From Phoronis australis (taxonomy: Eukaryota > Animalia > Phoronida), in assembly GCA_002633005.1 (NCBI GenBank), contig NMRA01000015.1, positions 1,471,439 to 1,535,438 of the forward strand: a DNA stretch of 64,000 bases, written 5' to 3'. The notes beneath the pieces were generated by a model that had not been told where the DNA came from, did not search any database, and saw nothing but the letters and a program-made list of their open reading frames with translations. Made by a program: the position numbers and the translations under genes. Positions within the stretch are counted from its first letter, which is position 1. Each line of letters opens with the position of its first letter. This document shows positions 43,700-55,257 of the stretch, piece by piece.

Positions 43700-46600
43700 T
43701 TGCTTTGTTATCAGTTCTTCGGGAGGGCATAAGCTATGTGCTTTATAGCGTTATACACAGGCAGTTTTGGTTGATAACAATTTAACATAAAATATCTAGA
43801 CATCAGTTCTTATCAACCATGTAAATTATGAATGCACATGAATGGTATAATATGATATAAATGATTGTTAAGAATTTATGTTAACAGTTGATGCAATTTT
43901 TCATGCAAGATTTATCATCCATCGTAATAATTTGTAAGGATTTCTTATCACTGATCAATTATAAAATGATCATGTATCACTGAACAATGATAAATGATCA
44001 TGTATCACTGAACAATGATAGATGATCATGTATCACTGAACAATGATAAATGATCGTGTATCACTGAACAATGATAAATGATCATGTATCCTCAGCCTGA
44101 TATAAATTCACATCAACCAAAATGGGGTGTTGGAAATAAGGGGTTAGTAATCGTTTTTTAACACTCTTCAAATGATAAAGATTATAAGGATTGAACCAGT
44201 GCATAATCTCAGAACTCCTTTCAAAAGTCAATACAATAAAAATTTTATTGTCTTAACATTTTCTGTTAGCAAGCTATTGATGACCAGACCTTCACAAGTA
44301 TATTCCCTGTTCTTTGTAGAGGGAAACTTACTGAAATTGGTGCCAGTTTTGCAGTCCTATTCGTACAATTGTCCTTCCTTTTCCTATGCACACAAGCTTT
44401 TATAAAATGGTCCTGCTAGTTTTTTTGTTTCCCCAGCGTTGATCCTCAGTCACTGTTTGGTGTAGGCTCACTTCTATCCAATTCTAGGCGATCAGAATCA
44501 TTCCTGAAGTCAAGTATCCTGCATGTCAATGACTTGTCCTGGACATCACCAGGTAAGTGTAGCAACCAGAGGTGGATTTAGGGGGGAGTAGAGAGGGAGA
44601 CAGGCTCTCAACACCAGATATGACCAAAAAAACTGCTGGCGTGCCTTTTTAGGGCTCACGCAAACCTGTCTTTCAGAAATTCTGGTGATGCTTCATCCCT
44701 GATAAAATTCTAGATGGCCAATGTTCTAACTGTTTAGAGTGCTAGTAAGCTACATCATCTCGTGTTACGATGTTGCACAGATTTTCTTTTTGGTGTCGGT
44801 GACAACAAAAAGAAAATTGGACAGAGCCAATTGTCATACTTCAGCAGATATTTTTTTCAGTTCTAATTTTCAACCTGTAAAGTAAATAGTGTCTCCAAAT
44901 CTTAAGTAATCACAAAATGAAAATGTGAACAAAACTGAATTTTGTAGTGACATGAATCTTTTTCTTTAAAAATGTAGACATTTGTCTTGGTTGTAGAAAT
45001 TTTTGCACAAGACTAGTGAGTTCGTTTTCTGTATTCCGTTTGCCACAAAAGTTTGTCTAGGACTTTCTGTCAATGCCTTCTAACCCAAAAACTAAGACAA
45101 ATGAAGATTTGTGAAAATTTGCATCTTATGATGAAAATCACATTTTTTAGAAAAACAATTACGTCGTTTGTCTAATTTACAGGTTATGGCTTACTGACAT
45201 ATATGAACCATTTTCCATTCCTTCTTGATGTCATCTATGCACTCATGAGAGGATCATCGGTGGTTGTCATGGGAACGCACGAGCGTGATAATGAGTTAGC
45301 CCCGCTACTGAAGGCTCTCAGTATATTTGTGCCTACAAATAAAAGGTAGGAATTTTAAACACGTTTTTGCAGTTGAACAAAAATGACCAAAAATTGTTAT
45401 TATCTCATTTTTAATAGCTCGTTGTATTGCTCAAAATGCACAGAATTTCACTGGTTGGTGGTATCTATACAATAGAGATGGAACAAAAATGATGTAAAAT
45501 ATTTTCGTATTTCTTTTTTGAGAAATTTGGTAAAATAAAATTTCAAATATTCCATGATATTGCGTTCTAAATGAAAGAACCTTTACTCTTGGAGTAAATT
45601 TTAGACCAGTTTGTAAGAGTTCATAAGCCTATTACATGATGAATAGTAAGCGAATGTTTATGATGTGTTCTTTAAAATTCCTCGTTATAGTGCCCACCAT
45701 CACATAATTGCTGACATGGACAGATTGTCTCAAGCACTGTCAAAGTACAAGTTGGTCGGCTGCATCCGCCGCACAAGACACACAAAAGACATAGAATCAT
45801 GCTCATATAAGGTACTTTTTTATTTGGTTTGGAGAAAAGCCTCAAGAGCAATATGAAGTAATTATAGTTGACTTCAGTGTATGTATTGTAGTGTACAGGA
45901 AGGCAGTCATTTTTTGCCTGTTGTTTACTTAATTATTGGTTTTCTGAGTTTACAGGATGTGTTTTATTTTTTGGCAAGCTTGTACTACTAGCTCTACATT
46001 TATCAGATTACTTTGCACTGGTATCCTCTCTCCATGAATTTTCAGTAACCCTTAGTAACGCAATCGGTGAACTCCATTTGGTCCATAGTTTGTATTGTGT
46101 AAAATTAGAGGCACAAATTTCTGTGTTAAAAATCTCAAAAAAGGTTCCACCCAAACTCTAGCCAAAGCAAAGTTTTTAATGATAATCCATGTGGCTTTAA
46201 GATTCCATGTTTAATATGTAGTCATCATTAGTGCAATGTGTAATATGTAGTAAGCTCTGATTCAATGTGTTTAATATGTAGTAAGCACTGATTCTATGTG
46301 TTTAATATGTAGTAAGCACTAGTGTAATGTTTTTATTGTGTAGTCATCGGTAGAACATTTAGAGACTGTGATTTCTTTGACAGTGTTGTGTTCAGTCTTT
46401 GATGTTCTTATGGTGTCTCATACAGGATGATTGTGTCTTGGTTGATCTTGAGAAGAAGTCCTGCACAGCGCCATCTTACAGGGTATGACTGTACTATATA
46501 TTAGTGGCCTGTCACTGTCAGCTCTTTCTCTTGTCTGAGTACCATTAACTGACTATGAAAGCTTGGAAACTTGAGCTGTAGACCAGTTAATTAATATTTC

Positions 46601-49600
46601 CGGATATTAGTTTTAACTTTTTCAAGATTATGCATTGGATTGAGTTCTAAAATTCATTTTCATGTTGCTGATTTTATAATTCTGCCTACAAAGTGACAAG
46701 AGCCTTGTGAAACTGGACAATATACTGTGCTGTGTAGCAGATTAATGAATTATTTATTATGTAATTAATATCATACTCATCTGGGCTCACATTCAATTCA
46801 ATGCCCACTCTTGGTTTTTCAAATACCACTTTCATTGCATTTTTTACATAATCATCTTAATGCTCCCTGTCGATTTTTTAGTTTAATTTAAAGGCGCTGG
46901 GATTTAACCCCGTACAAATGCAGTTAAAAATACAAGTTTAATTAACATATCCGAGTAATGTAATGCTATGGATAATTTGACCATCTTCATTGACTCATGT
47001 AAGTTATGTTTGTGTTCATTGTTAGCAGGCTGGTCTGCTTTCTCTGGCAATTACATCAAAGAAGAAACAGTTCAAGAATGAACACACATTCTTGTCATAC
47101 GTTCACTGGTAAGTAACTGGTATTTTCTCTATCTCTGCTGATTGCAAACTCTGTGAAATAACTTGGTCTTGATGAACTACATATAGTGAATGTATGCAAG
47201 GGAATGAATGAGAGCCTGTAAACAATGCGAAAGTGATTTCTGGGGCTGTGCGTATATTTATTTGAAAAAAAATATATGTAAGGTAGTTGGATATAATTAG
47301 CATCATTAGATAGCATTAATGTTAAGGATAATATATTCTTAGTAAGAATAATGTTACTGGGAATTTTGGTTACTACGCCCCCTGGTGTGTATTTGGAAAA
47401 TGGTACAATGTGATCATTCTGGTGCCCATTTGTACTTTCAGAAGCAGCGAACATATGAATGGAAAATGCACCATAAAATAGGTCTTGAGTGTTTTTTCTA
47501 GCTGGAAGTGGCATAATGATTAAAACATGAATTTTTAATTACATGTTCAAAAACAAACATCCAAATCAACTGACTGACCTGATGACTAAGCGTGAACCTT
47601 ATGCAAATCCTTGTTGTTCATTGACAATCACTGACACCGTACATTTTGGGAAACCTTGCCAACCCTGAGAAATTTAACTTTGGCTCAAAAATAGGCCATG
47701 GACTATTTTCCAAATATATAGCCATGGGCGTACATTTAGGAGCATGTTTACAGAAATTCCCTGCAGGTAAGAATAACATGGATCTTCACTTTTCTCTTGA
47801 TTAAAAACATGAACATAGTCACGTTTTTAGGTTGAAAATTTACTATCGTAAATCAATTTATGGGCAGGGCTGCTGCTGCTTTGTTAGCAAAAAGAACAAT
47901 TCAGTTTGTATTTTTCAAATCTTTTTAATAACATTTGTGTGTCATGTTTATTGCAGGTTCGTGTGGTTGCTTGATGTCAATTATTATTGTTGTTTTTTTT
48001 TATTAGTTTTGTTGTTGTTGTTGTTGTTGTTGTTGTTTTTATAATTGTTGTTAATATGTTGTTGCACATTGTTGTTACAGTATACTGCTGGAGTATGTAA
48101 TGAAGGCCTTTTTGTTTGTCCATCGTCAAGTGGGTTCAAAGAACAGGTACGTGCTAAGTTGTGTTGTTACAGTGTGTCTGCAATTAAACACATTTTGATG
48201 GAAATTCATACTGCCACTTTCCAGAATACCACAGCGCCCTCTCTTGTTCTGCAGTATTTACCCACAATGCTGTGCCTATAAGGGGCACTGGCCCCATAGT
48301 TTGTACACTGCTGTGCTAATCATTATTTTACATTGATTATTGTTACTTTAACATTCGTCATTCTGTTGCCAGTAAAGATTAATTTTTGTATATTGAGTTG
48401 CAAGGTCAAGTGAGGCACAATAAATTCTAACTTGTTCATTTATCCAACTCAGTTGCATAGTGTAGCCCTTCTTTTCAAAAACTAGGTCAATCATGACAAT
48501 CTGTTTTTCTCCTATCGCAGAACAGAAGAGTTGAATTTTAGATGTTGGAATTCATTATATCGGTGGAAAGTTAGACATAATCAAGGCACCCTATGACCAC
48601 AAATTTCTCTTGGTTTCAACAGCATTTTTATAGCTGACTTTTTGTTAGTTTTGGAACTGAAATTAAATTCAGTAATGTTTCACTGGAAATGCTTGGTCAT
48701 TTTCTTGCAAGTATTATTTTTCTGACTCCAAATCTTGTCTAGCCGTGTTTCATAATTGAAGTCGACAAATATCTGGAGAATTAAATGTCAGGGGAATATG
48801 TATAAAATTGGCAAATATGATGGTAAATCGATTAGCAAATCACCGTGCAAAATCACAGATACCAATAAAAAATACAAAAAAAATCAAAAAAGACCACTAG
48901 TCCAGTAATGATGACATGTTCCATCAATGAAAGTGTTCTGTTGTGGTGTAGTGGCATTAGAGGGGCATGAAATGGCCATGAGATGGAACCAAAACAGATT
49001 CGATGCTCTGCGCAAAGCTGTGACATTCATTTGGATTGGCACAGAAACCTGTTTGTAGATTCTGAATTATTATGTAATTTTGTGAACCGGTATTCCTGTT
49101 GTCTATTTCAGTAAAAAGGACCCATTGCTGGAACTCACTCCATCAGATTCGCTCATTGTTCAGGTCAGTGATACTTGCTGTCTCAATAAAGCGCTGATGA
49201 CACTATCTTAGGACTACATTAAAATTTTTCAAGTTTGGATAAAATTAATTTACAAAAAAAATACAATTTTCAAAGAGTTATTACACTGCTGATAATGCTC
49301 AAAATTGATCAAATATTGTTTTGTGAAACCTGTATTGTGCAAAGTGAAAACCATGACAAAAAAGAAGTAATTTTTTAATAGCTATTTTACATGGTGAAAT
49401 TGGCCAACGTGAAATTTCGCTTGTCCGCCATGTTTATCCTAAACTGCCAGTTTTTGCTTTATGTCCTTCAGAGCCTCGTGTACCAGTAAAACTTTCTGTT
49501 TGTGTCTGGAGTATATTTTAAAGGTTTTTAAAATGAAGAGTTCTTGTTCGTAATTTTATGCGATTACATGTAGACAGACTGAGGTATGACTGTTGCACTT

Positions 49601-49996
49601 ATGGCTATATTATCTCAACAGGTTTGATGTATAGGTTGAAGTTGACAGTTTTGACCTGACCTTATTGTTGCTGTTGGTATGCAACTTTAATTCCATGACA
49701 AATTCTAGGTGTACTGTATATGCTTCACTGAGATTTTAGCCAGTGCTGTTCATCATCTGCAATAAGGACAAATGTGATCATCGTCACTTTATTCCACTTC
49801 GGTGAATCTGTGGTGGAAATCATTCCATGGTGGTCTTCTGGAATGGCTCCACTTGGACAACCAGTCATAAATTTTTTGTCTAAAATTACTTTCTGTCAGT
49901 GTCTTGTTGGGCTTTTCATCTACCCAGTTTGTCTTAATATTCAATCATTGTGTTTACCAGGGTTTAGTAAAAGCTGTGAGACCTCCCAAGTCCTAG
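31441..49996 (+). CDS. SMCR8: SMCR8-family protein (uDENN/longin + cDENN/dDENN; C9orf72-SMCR8-WDR41 GAP complex subunit homolog), 24 coding exons, ~673 aa
   Basis: Hand-spliced GT-AG exons with consistent phases: 31441-31644, 32581-32672, 33104-33173, 34762-34844, 35343-35388, 35981-36065, 36849-36976, 37476-37533, 38346-38383, 38654-38770, 40966-41023, 41215-41281, 41983-42037, 42536-42615, 43343-43395, 43515-43611, 44437-44552, 45183-45345, 45691-45811, 46426-46482, 47029-47108, 48081-48146, 49112-49163, 49961-49996 (2022 nt, open frame to TAG). Peptides match recalled SMCR8 motifs: NPWS..DHVLLGECSELEGPKPL (cf. NPWS..DFILISEFSEQVGPQPL), VHHFTLYDTEARGFVRPFCMAYVS (cf. VHHLTLYDLEARGFVRPFCMAYIS), KRFDFRLRSLDELC, FPFLLDVIYALMRGSSVVVMG, KALSIFVP, KAFLF. 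An alternative in-frame ATG lies at 31420. The middle low-complexity exons and the last exon are less certain. Confidence 0.9.
32688..32863. mobile_element. Degenerate Tc1/mariner-pogo (Tigger-like) MITE, TA TSD
   Basis: TA|CAGTTGAAACATGTTACAACAA ... TTGTTGTCATGAGGTTTGACTG|TA imperfect TIRs. Confidence 0.6.
33853..33965. repeat. Dispersed repeat, second copy at ~48230-48335
   Basis: CACAG(T/C)GCCCTCTCTTGTTC...GTATTTACCCACAATGCTGTG...GGGGCAC...ACACTGCTG...ATTATTTTACATT in two SMCR8 introns. Confidence 0.75.
35495..35891. mobile_element. TTAA-flanked degenerate MITE (Kolobok/piggyBac-type target site)
   Basis: TTAAAGTGGAACTTGCACGCT ... AGCGTGCAAATACATCTTAA imperfect inverted ends. Confidence 0.5.
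38791..39427. mobile_element. LTR-like remnant with HSE cluster and 43-bp direct repeats, in SMCR8 intron 10
   Basis: Begins TGTAACGT with an inverted ACGTTAC(C)A at ~39351-39359; TAATGTCTGTTCTATGCTCCAGCCAGTG(C/T)TGCGAAGCCTTGAC at 38820 and ~39385; several TTCTAGAA motifs. No TSD found. Confidence 0.45.
43652..43697. repeat. (GTT)n microsatellite
   Basis: Perfect GTT run; a shorter one lies at ~48009-48037. Confidence 0.95.
43964..44090. repeat. 28-bp minisatellite, ~4.5 copies
   Basis: Unit AAATGATCATGTATCACTGAACAATGAT, near-identical copies. Confidence 0.9.
46200..46347. repeat. Degenerate ~31-bp minisatellite, ~5 copies
   Basis: Recurring TTTAATATGTAGTAAGCACTGATTC-ATGTG-like unit. Confidence 0.7.
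47150..47265 (+). mobile_element. 3' fragment of the same SINE family as 17826-17990
   Basis: Shared AGTGAATG-x-TGCAAGGGAATGAATGAGA block; no tRNA head seen. Confidence 0.45.
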
Positions 49997-52511
49997 TACA
50001 TGTTGCTAAGCAATGATGATTATGTGAAGAGAGAAGACACCCCTGGGACTGCTATATGACAAGATCAGGAAGCTCTGCTTCAACGGTGCTATGTTTCTGT
50101 TGGGTTCATTTGTTGGCCTATGACTGCTGTTTGAGTACAAAACATTTGCCATATCCATTTGGCGTGACGTCATTAAACCTGTGCCCATCTGTCAAAAAAC
50201 AAGTTTTGTCTTAGGTCACTTACCGTTATGAAATTGGAAGAAGTGAGACTTTGTTTGTTTTATCAGATAAAGCTCTTAGAATTTCATGGTCTTGGTCTGA
50301 AGAAATAATGAACTGTCTGACCTTTCTGAGCCCAGAAATAAATTTGACTAAGGAACAGTTTGCGGGAGATCAAATTCATAATCCTAAGTGACCTAAATCA
50401 AAACTTTTTTGACAGAAAACTCAGATTTAATGCTGCCTTAACATCCATTGTGTTTAAATTACAAAAAAGTCAGTGAACCAAGCGCTGATTCAACCTTGAT
50501 TTTGTACAGTGTTTTCATTATCACAGAATATGGGGTAGTAAGGTCATACTGCAGTGTAACTGCTAACTTACATTTTCTTAGAAATTAAACCTCACATTCT
50601 ATGTCTTTGGTATTATGATACAGTCATGCCAATTTCAAACAGCAATAATTGCCTAAATTGATATTTTTCATTTTTCAAATGCTTTTAACATAGTTGTGAA
50701 TGTCCACAAATTCTGAAACCATTATCTCATGGTAGCTATGTTATAGATGTCAGAAATGATAAATCAGTTAGTGATATTACTAATTAAGGAAAAATGAAAA
50801 AACAAAATTCCACTAGTCTGCCATGTGTCCTAATATTGGTGAGAAGTTACCATAACAGACATTAGTCTAATTGCTCATTGCTCATTAGTATCTCATTGTT
50901 GACCCAATGAAATGTCCACAACTTAGCAGGTGAGACATTTGTGTTGCTGGTGCTTTTTATGTCATGTTAGAAATGGAAGTCTTTCTAAGGTAACAGATGA
51001 CCAGATTGTAAGAATAACAATAATATTGGGGTTTACATAGTTTGTTCAGATTATACTCTAGTGCCACCGTGTTGGACATGTGAGTGAGCGATGTTCCACT
51101 TTTTCAACATGTGATGGAATATCTTGCCAAATTGCGCATGAGGAATTGCTGCCGACAGACGTGGCTACATCAGTACTGGAACATCTTCTGTGTATAAGTG
51201 CACATTCATTGTCTTTTACACAAAATGTGGAATTTTACTTCATTAAGTTTTATGAATATTGTAAATGTTTGAGTTTATTTGTAGCTATATACACTTGTTT
51301 CTACTTTCAACATGTTACCTTGCATGTGTCTGCTTGATATGTTTTAAAATTGTGCGTGTAGGTCTTAGCGTGACACGTGACTGAAAGTTAGAGTACCACG
51401 TAGTGAGTCAAGCAGTGGTGCATAAACCCGCATTCTGTTAACAAAATTCCTTTTTAATTTGCACCTCTAGCTTCTGTCATGAAAGAGGCCCTGGTTCCTT
51501 TCTCAGATGGAAACTAGTTTCTGCGTTCACAAAGTATCTTTAAGTGTAGGTTAATATTAGAGAGTTTGCTTGGCATTTCAAATGACCCACGACGAGACTA
51601 CTTGTAGAGCCTGGTTACGAGCAATAACAAATTGTCAGTTTCTACCAACCTCAAACTTCAGAGATCAATTTCGTAATGGCAAGTGGTCAAAATTGAAATG
51701 AAAATTATATTTTTAGAGGTTGGCAGGTTTTAAGCAGCTACAATCAAATTTGTGCAGCAGACGTTCAGCACATTCCATAATCATAGTTTTGTAACCGACA
51801 CAACTAGCTGTATCTGGTTACCTGCACTATTTAACTTCTTTTTTTAACACGAATGACTTTGACATGTTTAATTCTTCTGTTTGTTATACATTGTTATAAT
51901 TATACTCCAGGTATGTGTCCATACTGCGTTTACCTGTTTTAACCACTCAGTGGATTTTTTTGAAATTTGCTAGGATAGAGCAGCTGGTGTCAATGTTCAA
52001 GTAGGTATGGATCATAGTGATGTATCCTTTGTGAAAGAACTTTAAATATCAATAATTGATGGTTTGAAATTGTTTGATAAAGTGAAGTAGCAATGTCGTT
52101 TTTACTCATTCTTACTACTGTAGCACCCCCTGGTGGCCATAGCTCTTACATTTTGACATCTGTACTGGGTTGCTGAAATCTTCAAAATTATCCGCTAGAT
52201 AAGTTTCATTGTTGCATGACTGGTGCATTGTTCAACAATAAGAACTTGATGCGTGATAATGCGTCGCCATTATTACTATACGGCGTTTAACTTTTATGCA
52301 ACTGGGCCCAGCTCTACACTTGTCACTGAATTGAATTTGGTAGATAGGTCATTGGCCTTTTAAGTTAATTACTACATTCATTTAATATTGCGATGCACCA
52401 ATGTGTGCGTACCTCAGTATATTGCTTTGCTTTTCACACCATTCATTTATGCTTCGATGCAATATGGGATTATCAATGCACTGTAAATATTGTCAAAATA
52501 CCGTTTTTTAT

Positions 52512-52609
52512 AATAAAGTCAATAAAATAGACGCATTCGTTTATTTTAAAATTTTCACATTGCTTACATTATATTAGTCTCCATATCTCACACAAAATGG
52601 GTTTTTATT
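52512..52609. terminator. Opposed polyadenylation signals of the convergent SMCR8-like and zinc-finger genes
   Basis: AATAAA at 52512 and 52521 (+); TTTATT at 52540 and 52604 (AATAAA on -). Strand composition flips from T-rich to A-rich at this point. Confidence 0.6.
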
Positions 52610-53731
52610 ACATGAATACAATAACTACAATACAATTTTCTCTATCCAATGAATGTGCATATATACAACTTGATGTCGAATGCCCATAAATAAATTAAAG
52701 CAAAAATGTTCAGCAAGTGGTATATAAATAAAGAAATAGTGTGAGGCTCATCTTGTGAAATGCAGTATGCTATTTACAACATGTACCACCAAAGTGGTGC
52801 ACTTATTTGAATATGAGAGCAAGATGTACCTTGAGAGCACAAAAACTATAGTTAAACTACATTAAACGGAGCTTGGAATTTTCCTCTTTTAAGAGGATTT
52901 CCTCTCTTGGTTCAGTTTCCCCTTATGTGATTTTCAGTTTCCTTTTTTCGTCTCTTTATCATCATTATGAATTTATTCATAAAAACTTGTTTTACAACAA
53001 ACAATATTTCTATCACAAAAACGAGCCTACTTATTTGTAGTACCATACATCACCTGAAAAATTTTCCTCTTTTTTGACATTGGTCATTCCAAGTTCTGAT
53101 TAAAACATATCCTCCAGGGATCTTCCTGAAAAGTATGTTGTCACACAAGTTGGATACTATAGCAACTTGAATATACTATAGTTGTTGGCTGTCACGTGAT
53201 TGGCTAACAAATGTTATTAACCAGGGTTACATTTTATCAAAGGTCGAAAATTCAAACTTCTGATTTTAATTTTCACATAGTTCGTTAATGTGAGTTGTGA
53301 AGGGAATCATTAAGTCGGAATTAAAAAATTATCAATTTGTTGCTAGTTCCAACTTTTTTATTTGCACTGTGCTCAGTAGCGTGCAGAAGGGGGGGGGGTG
53401 TAGGGGTGACAACCACCAGCACCTACATTGGGGAGTATCCAATCACTATGAATAAACTTTTTTGAAATTACGACTGATTTGCAGTGGAAATTAGTTCCTA
53501 TTTTACGTTTCATCATTTCTTTACTTTTCCTAGTACTAGGGTTCGTGCATTTGAGTAGAGACATCCAATGATGAAATCGCCCTGGGCATCACCAAACCTC
53601 TGCATGCTACTGATCGTGTTTCCGACCATCTTAGCAACGACCTCTGGTAAAATGGCCCCACACGGTTTGACCAGTGCTTTATTTAACAGTGCAAACTGGG
53701 CATTAATTACAATTTTTGTCACAAAATTGGC

Positions 53732-55257
53732 TCAACCATCCTCAGAGACGACCACTTCAGTGGGCTGCTCCAGTGGGACTCCAGTGATGACCGAAGACTC
53801 CGCCTCCTGTGTCACATCCCTCGCTATGACAGCTGACTCCACCTCCTCTGTCGTATCCATGGTGATGACTGCTTGTTCCACCTCCTCTGTGGCATCCCCA
53901 GTCATGACTGCAGACTCCACCTCTTGTGTGGTCAACCCCTGGTCAATCTCAGCAGCGACCACCATCTCTGTGGTCATCTCCACATCAGCTGGATGAACCC
54001 CTTCACTGCCGGTGACCATGCCGGTCTCCTCACCTTCGAACACCAAAGCTCCTTCTCCCTGCCCTACATCCCCGGCACGTTCCTGCACCACCTTAACTTG
54101 AATCTCCTCACCCCCCTGACCAATCACACTGATGTACGACTGCTCCCCAGTCCCACCCGCTGCTTCTAGTGCAGCTAATACCTGCTGAGCTGTTGCCACG
54201 GAGATCTCGGCACCCCCTGAGCCGACCACTTGTGCCAGGCTAGCCAGCGTATCACCCTGGTCTAGAGTCTGGTCAGGCATGGTCATGATAGTGTACGTCT
54301 GTCCCTCCTCCGTTTCTATCTCTCCCTCGTTGCCTTCACTGATCAGCACCATAGTGGACTCCTCACCTAGGGTACCTTCCTCGTCTCCTGCCTCCAGCTC
54401 TGCTAGCTCACTGTCTTGTGTACTCAATATTGGCACTCCCGGATGATATGTCTGAGCGTGCTCTAACAGCTGTTTCTTACGATTGAAGTACTTTTTACAA
54501 ATGTCACAGTAATAGGGACTCGTCTTCAGATGGACTCCGTTGATATGAGCCAGCAGGTTGTTACGGGTACTGAAGTCTCGCTCACAATGAGGGCACTTGA
54601 CACGATCCACTGACGACGGGTTGTGAACGTACAGCATGTGGCGGCGCATGTTGGCCAACTCGTGGAAACCACGTCCACATACATTACAAGAGTATATGGT
54701 TTCACCGTGCAGTCTTTGGTGACGACGCAGATTTTTGGGCGAAGTGAGCGTCTTCTGACATATTTCACACTGCCACTTCTGCTGTTTATTGTGAGAATAT
54801 TTGATATGTTCAGCCAGGTATTCCTTCAGCTTAAAGCTGGCCGGACACAGATGACACAGAATGCGGTCATGGGCGGGATGGGCTCGCCTCTTATGCTCCT
54901 TGACCAACAACTCCCTGCGGAACTGCTTCCCACACTCATCACACTCATACGTCTTGCCATCCTCCTCCCCGTGAACCCTGCTCATGTGGCTCACCATCTC
55001 GTTGCGACGGTTACTCAATATCTTGCCGCAGATTTTACATTTGACTTTCATCAGTTCCTTCAGCTCCATAGCATAGCTCGGTCCCTGTGTATGCTCCGCG
55101 TGAATATTACTGACGTGACCCCACAGGGTCAAGTAGTCCTTGTAATACTTTTTACACAGGCGGCACGGCAAGTTTTGCTCACGTTTATAATTGGGTCTTC
55201 TCTTCCTTGGTTTCGGTGGCCCATCTGGAATTGGGTGTTTCCTGGGTCTGCCAGGTC
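53732..55257 (-). CDS. AT-hook/C2H2 zinc-finger transcription factor, exon 2 (third AT-hook, 8 C2H2 fingers, acidic C-terminal tail)
   Basis: The 479-aa ORF 53732..55171 extends upstream in frame to an acceptor (TTCATTTTTGTAG|GA at 55257), giving GPGRPRKHPIPDGPPKPRKRRPNYKREQNLPCRLC. Eight CxxC...HxxxH/HxxxxH fingers, e.g. CDECGKQFRRELLVKEHKRRAH and CEICQKTLTSPKNLRRHQRLH. Stop at 53732-53734. Confidence 0.93.

Noticed and set aside
43518-43785. Poly-Cys / poly-Val ORFs
   Set aside because: Translations of the (GTT)n microsatellite.
43964-44090. 28-bp repeats as a CRISPR array
   Set aside because: Units are directly adjacent with no unique spacers, there are no cas genes, and the context is a eukaryotic intron: a minisatellite.
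48521-48575. Extra SMCR8 exon after the acceptor-like CCTATCGCAG
   Set aside because: No convincing donor; exons 22 and 23 already join in phase.
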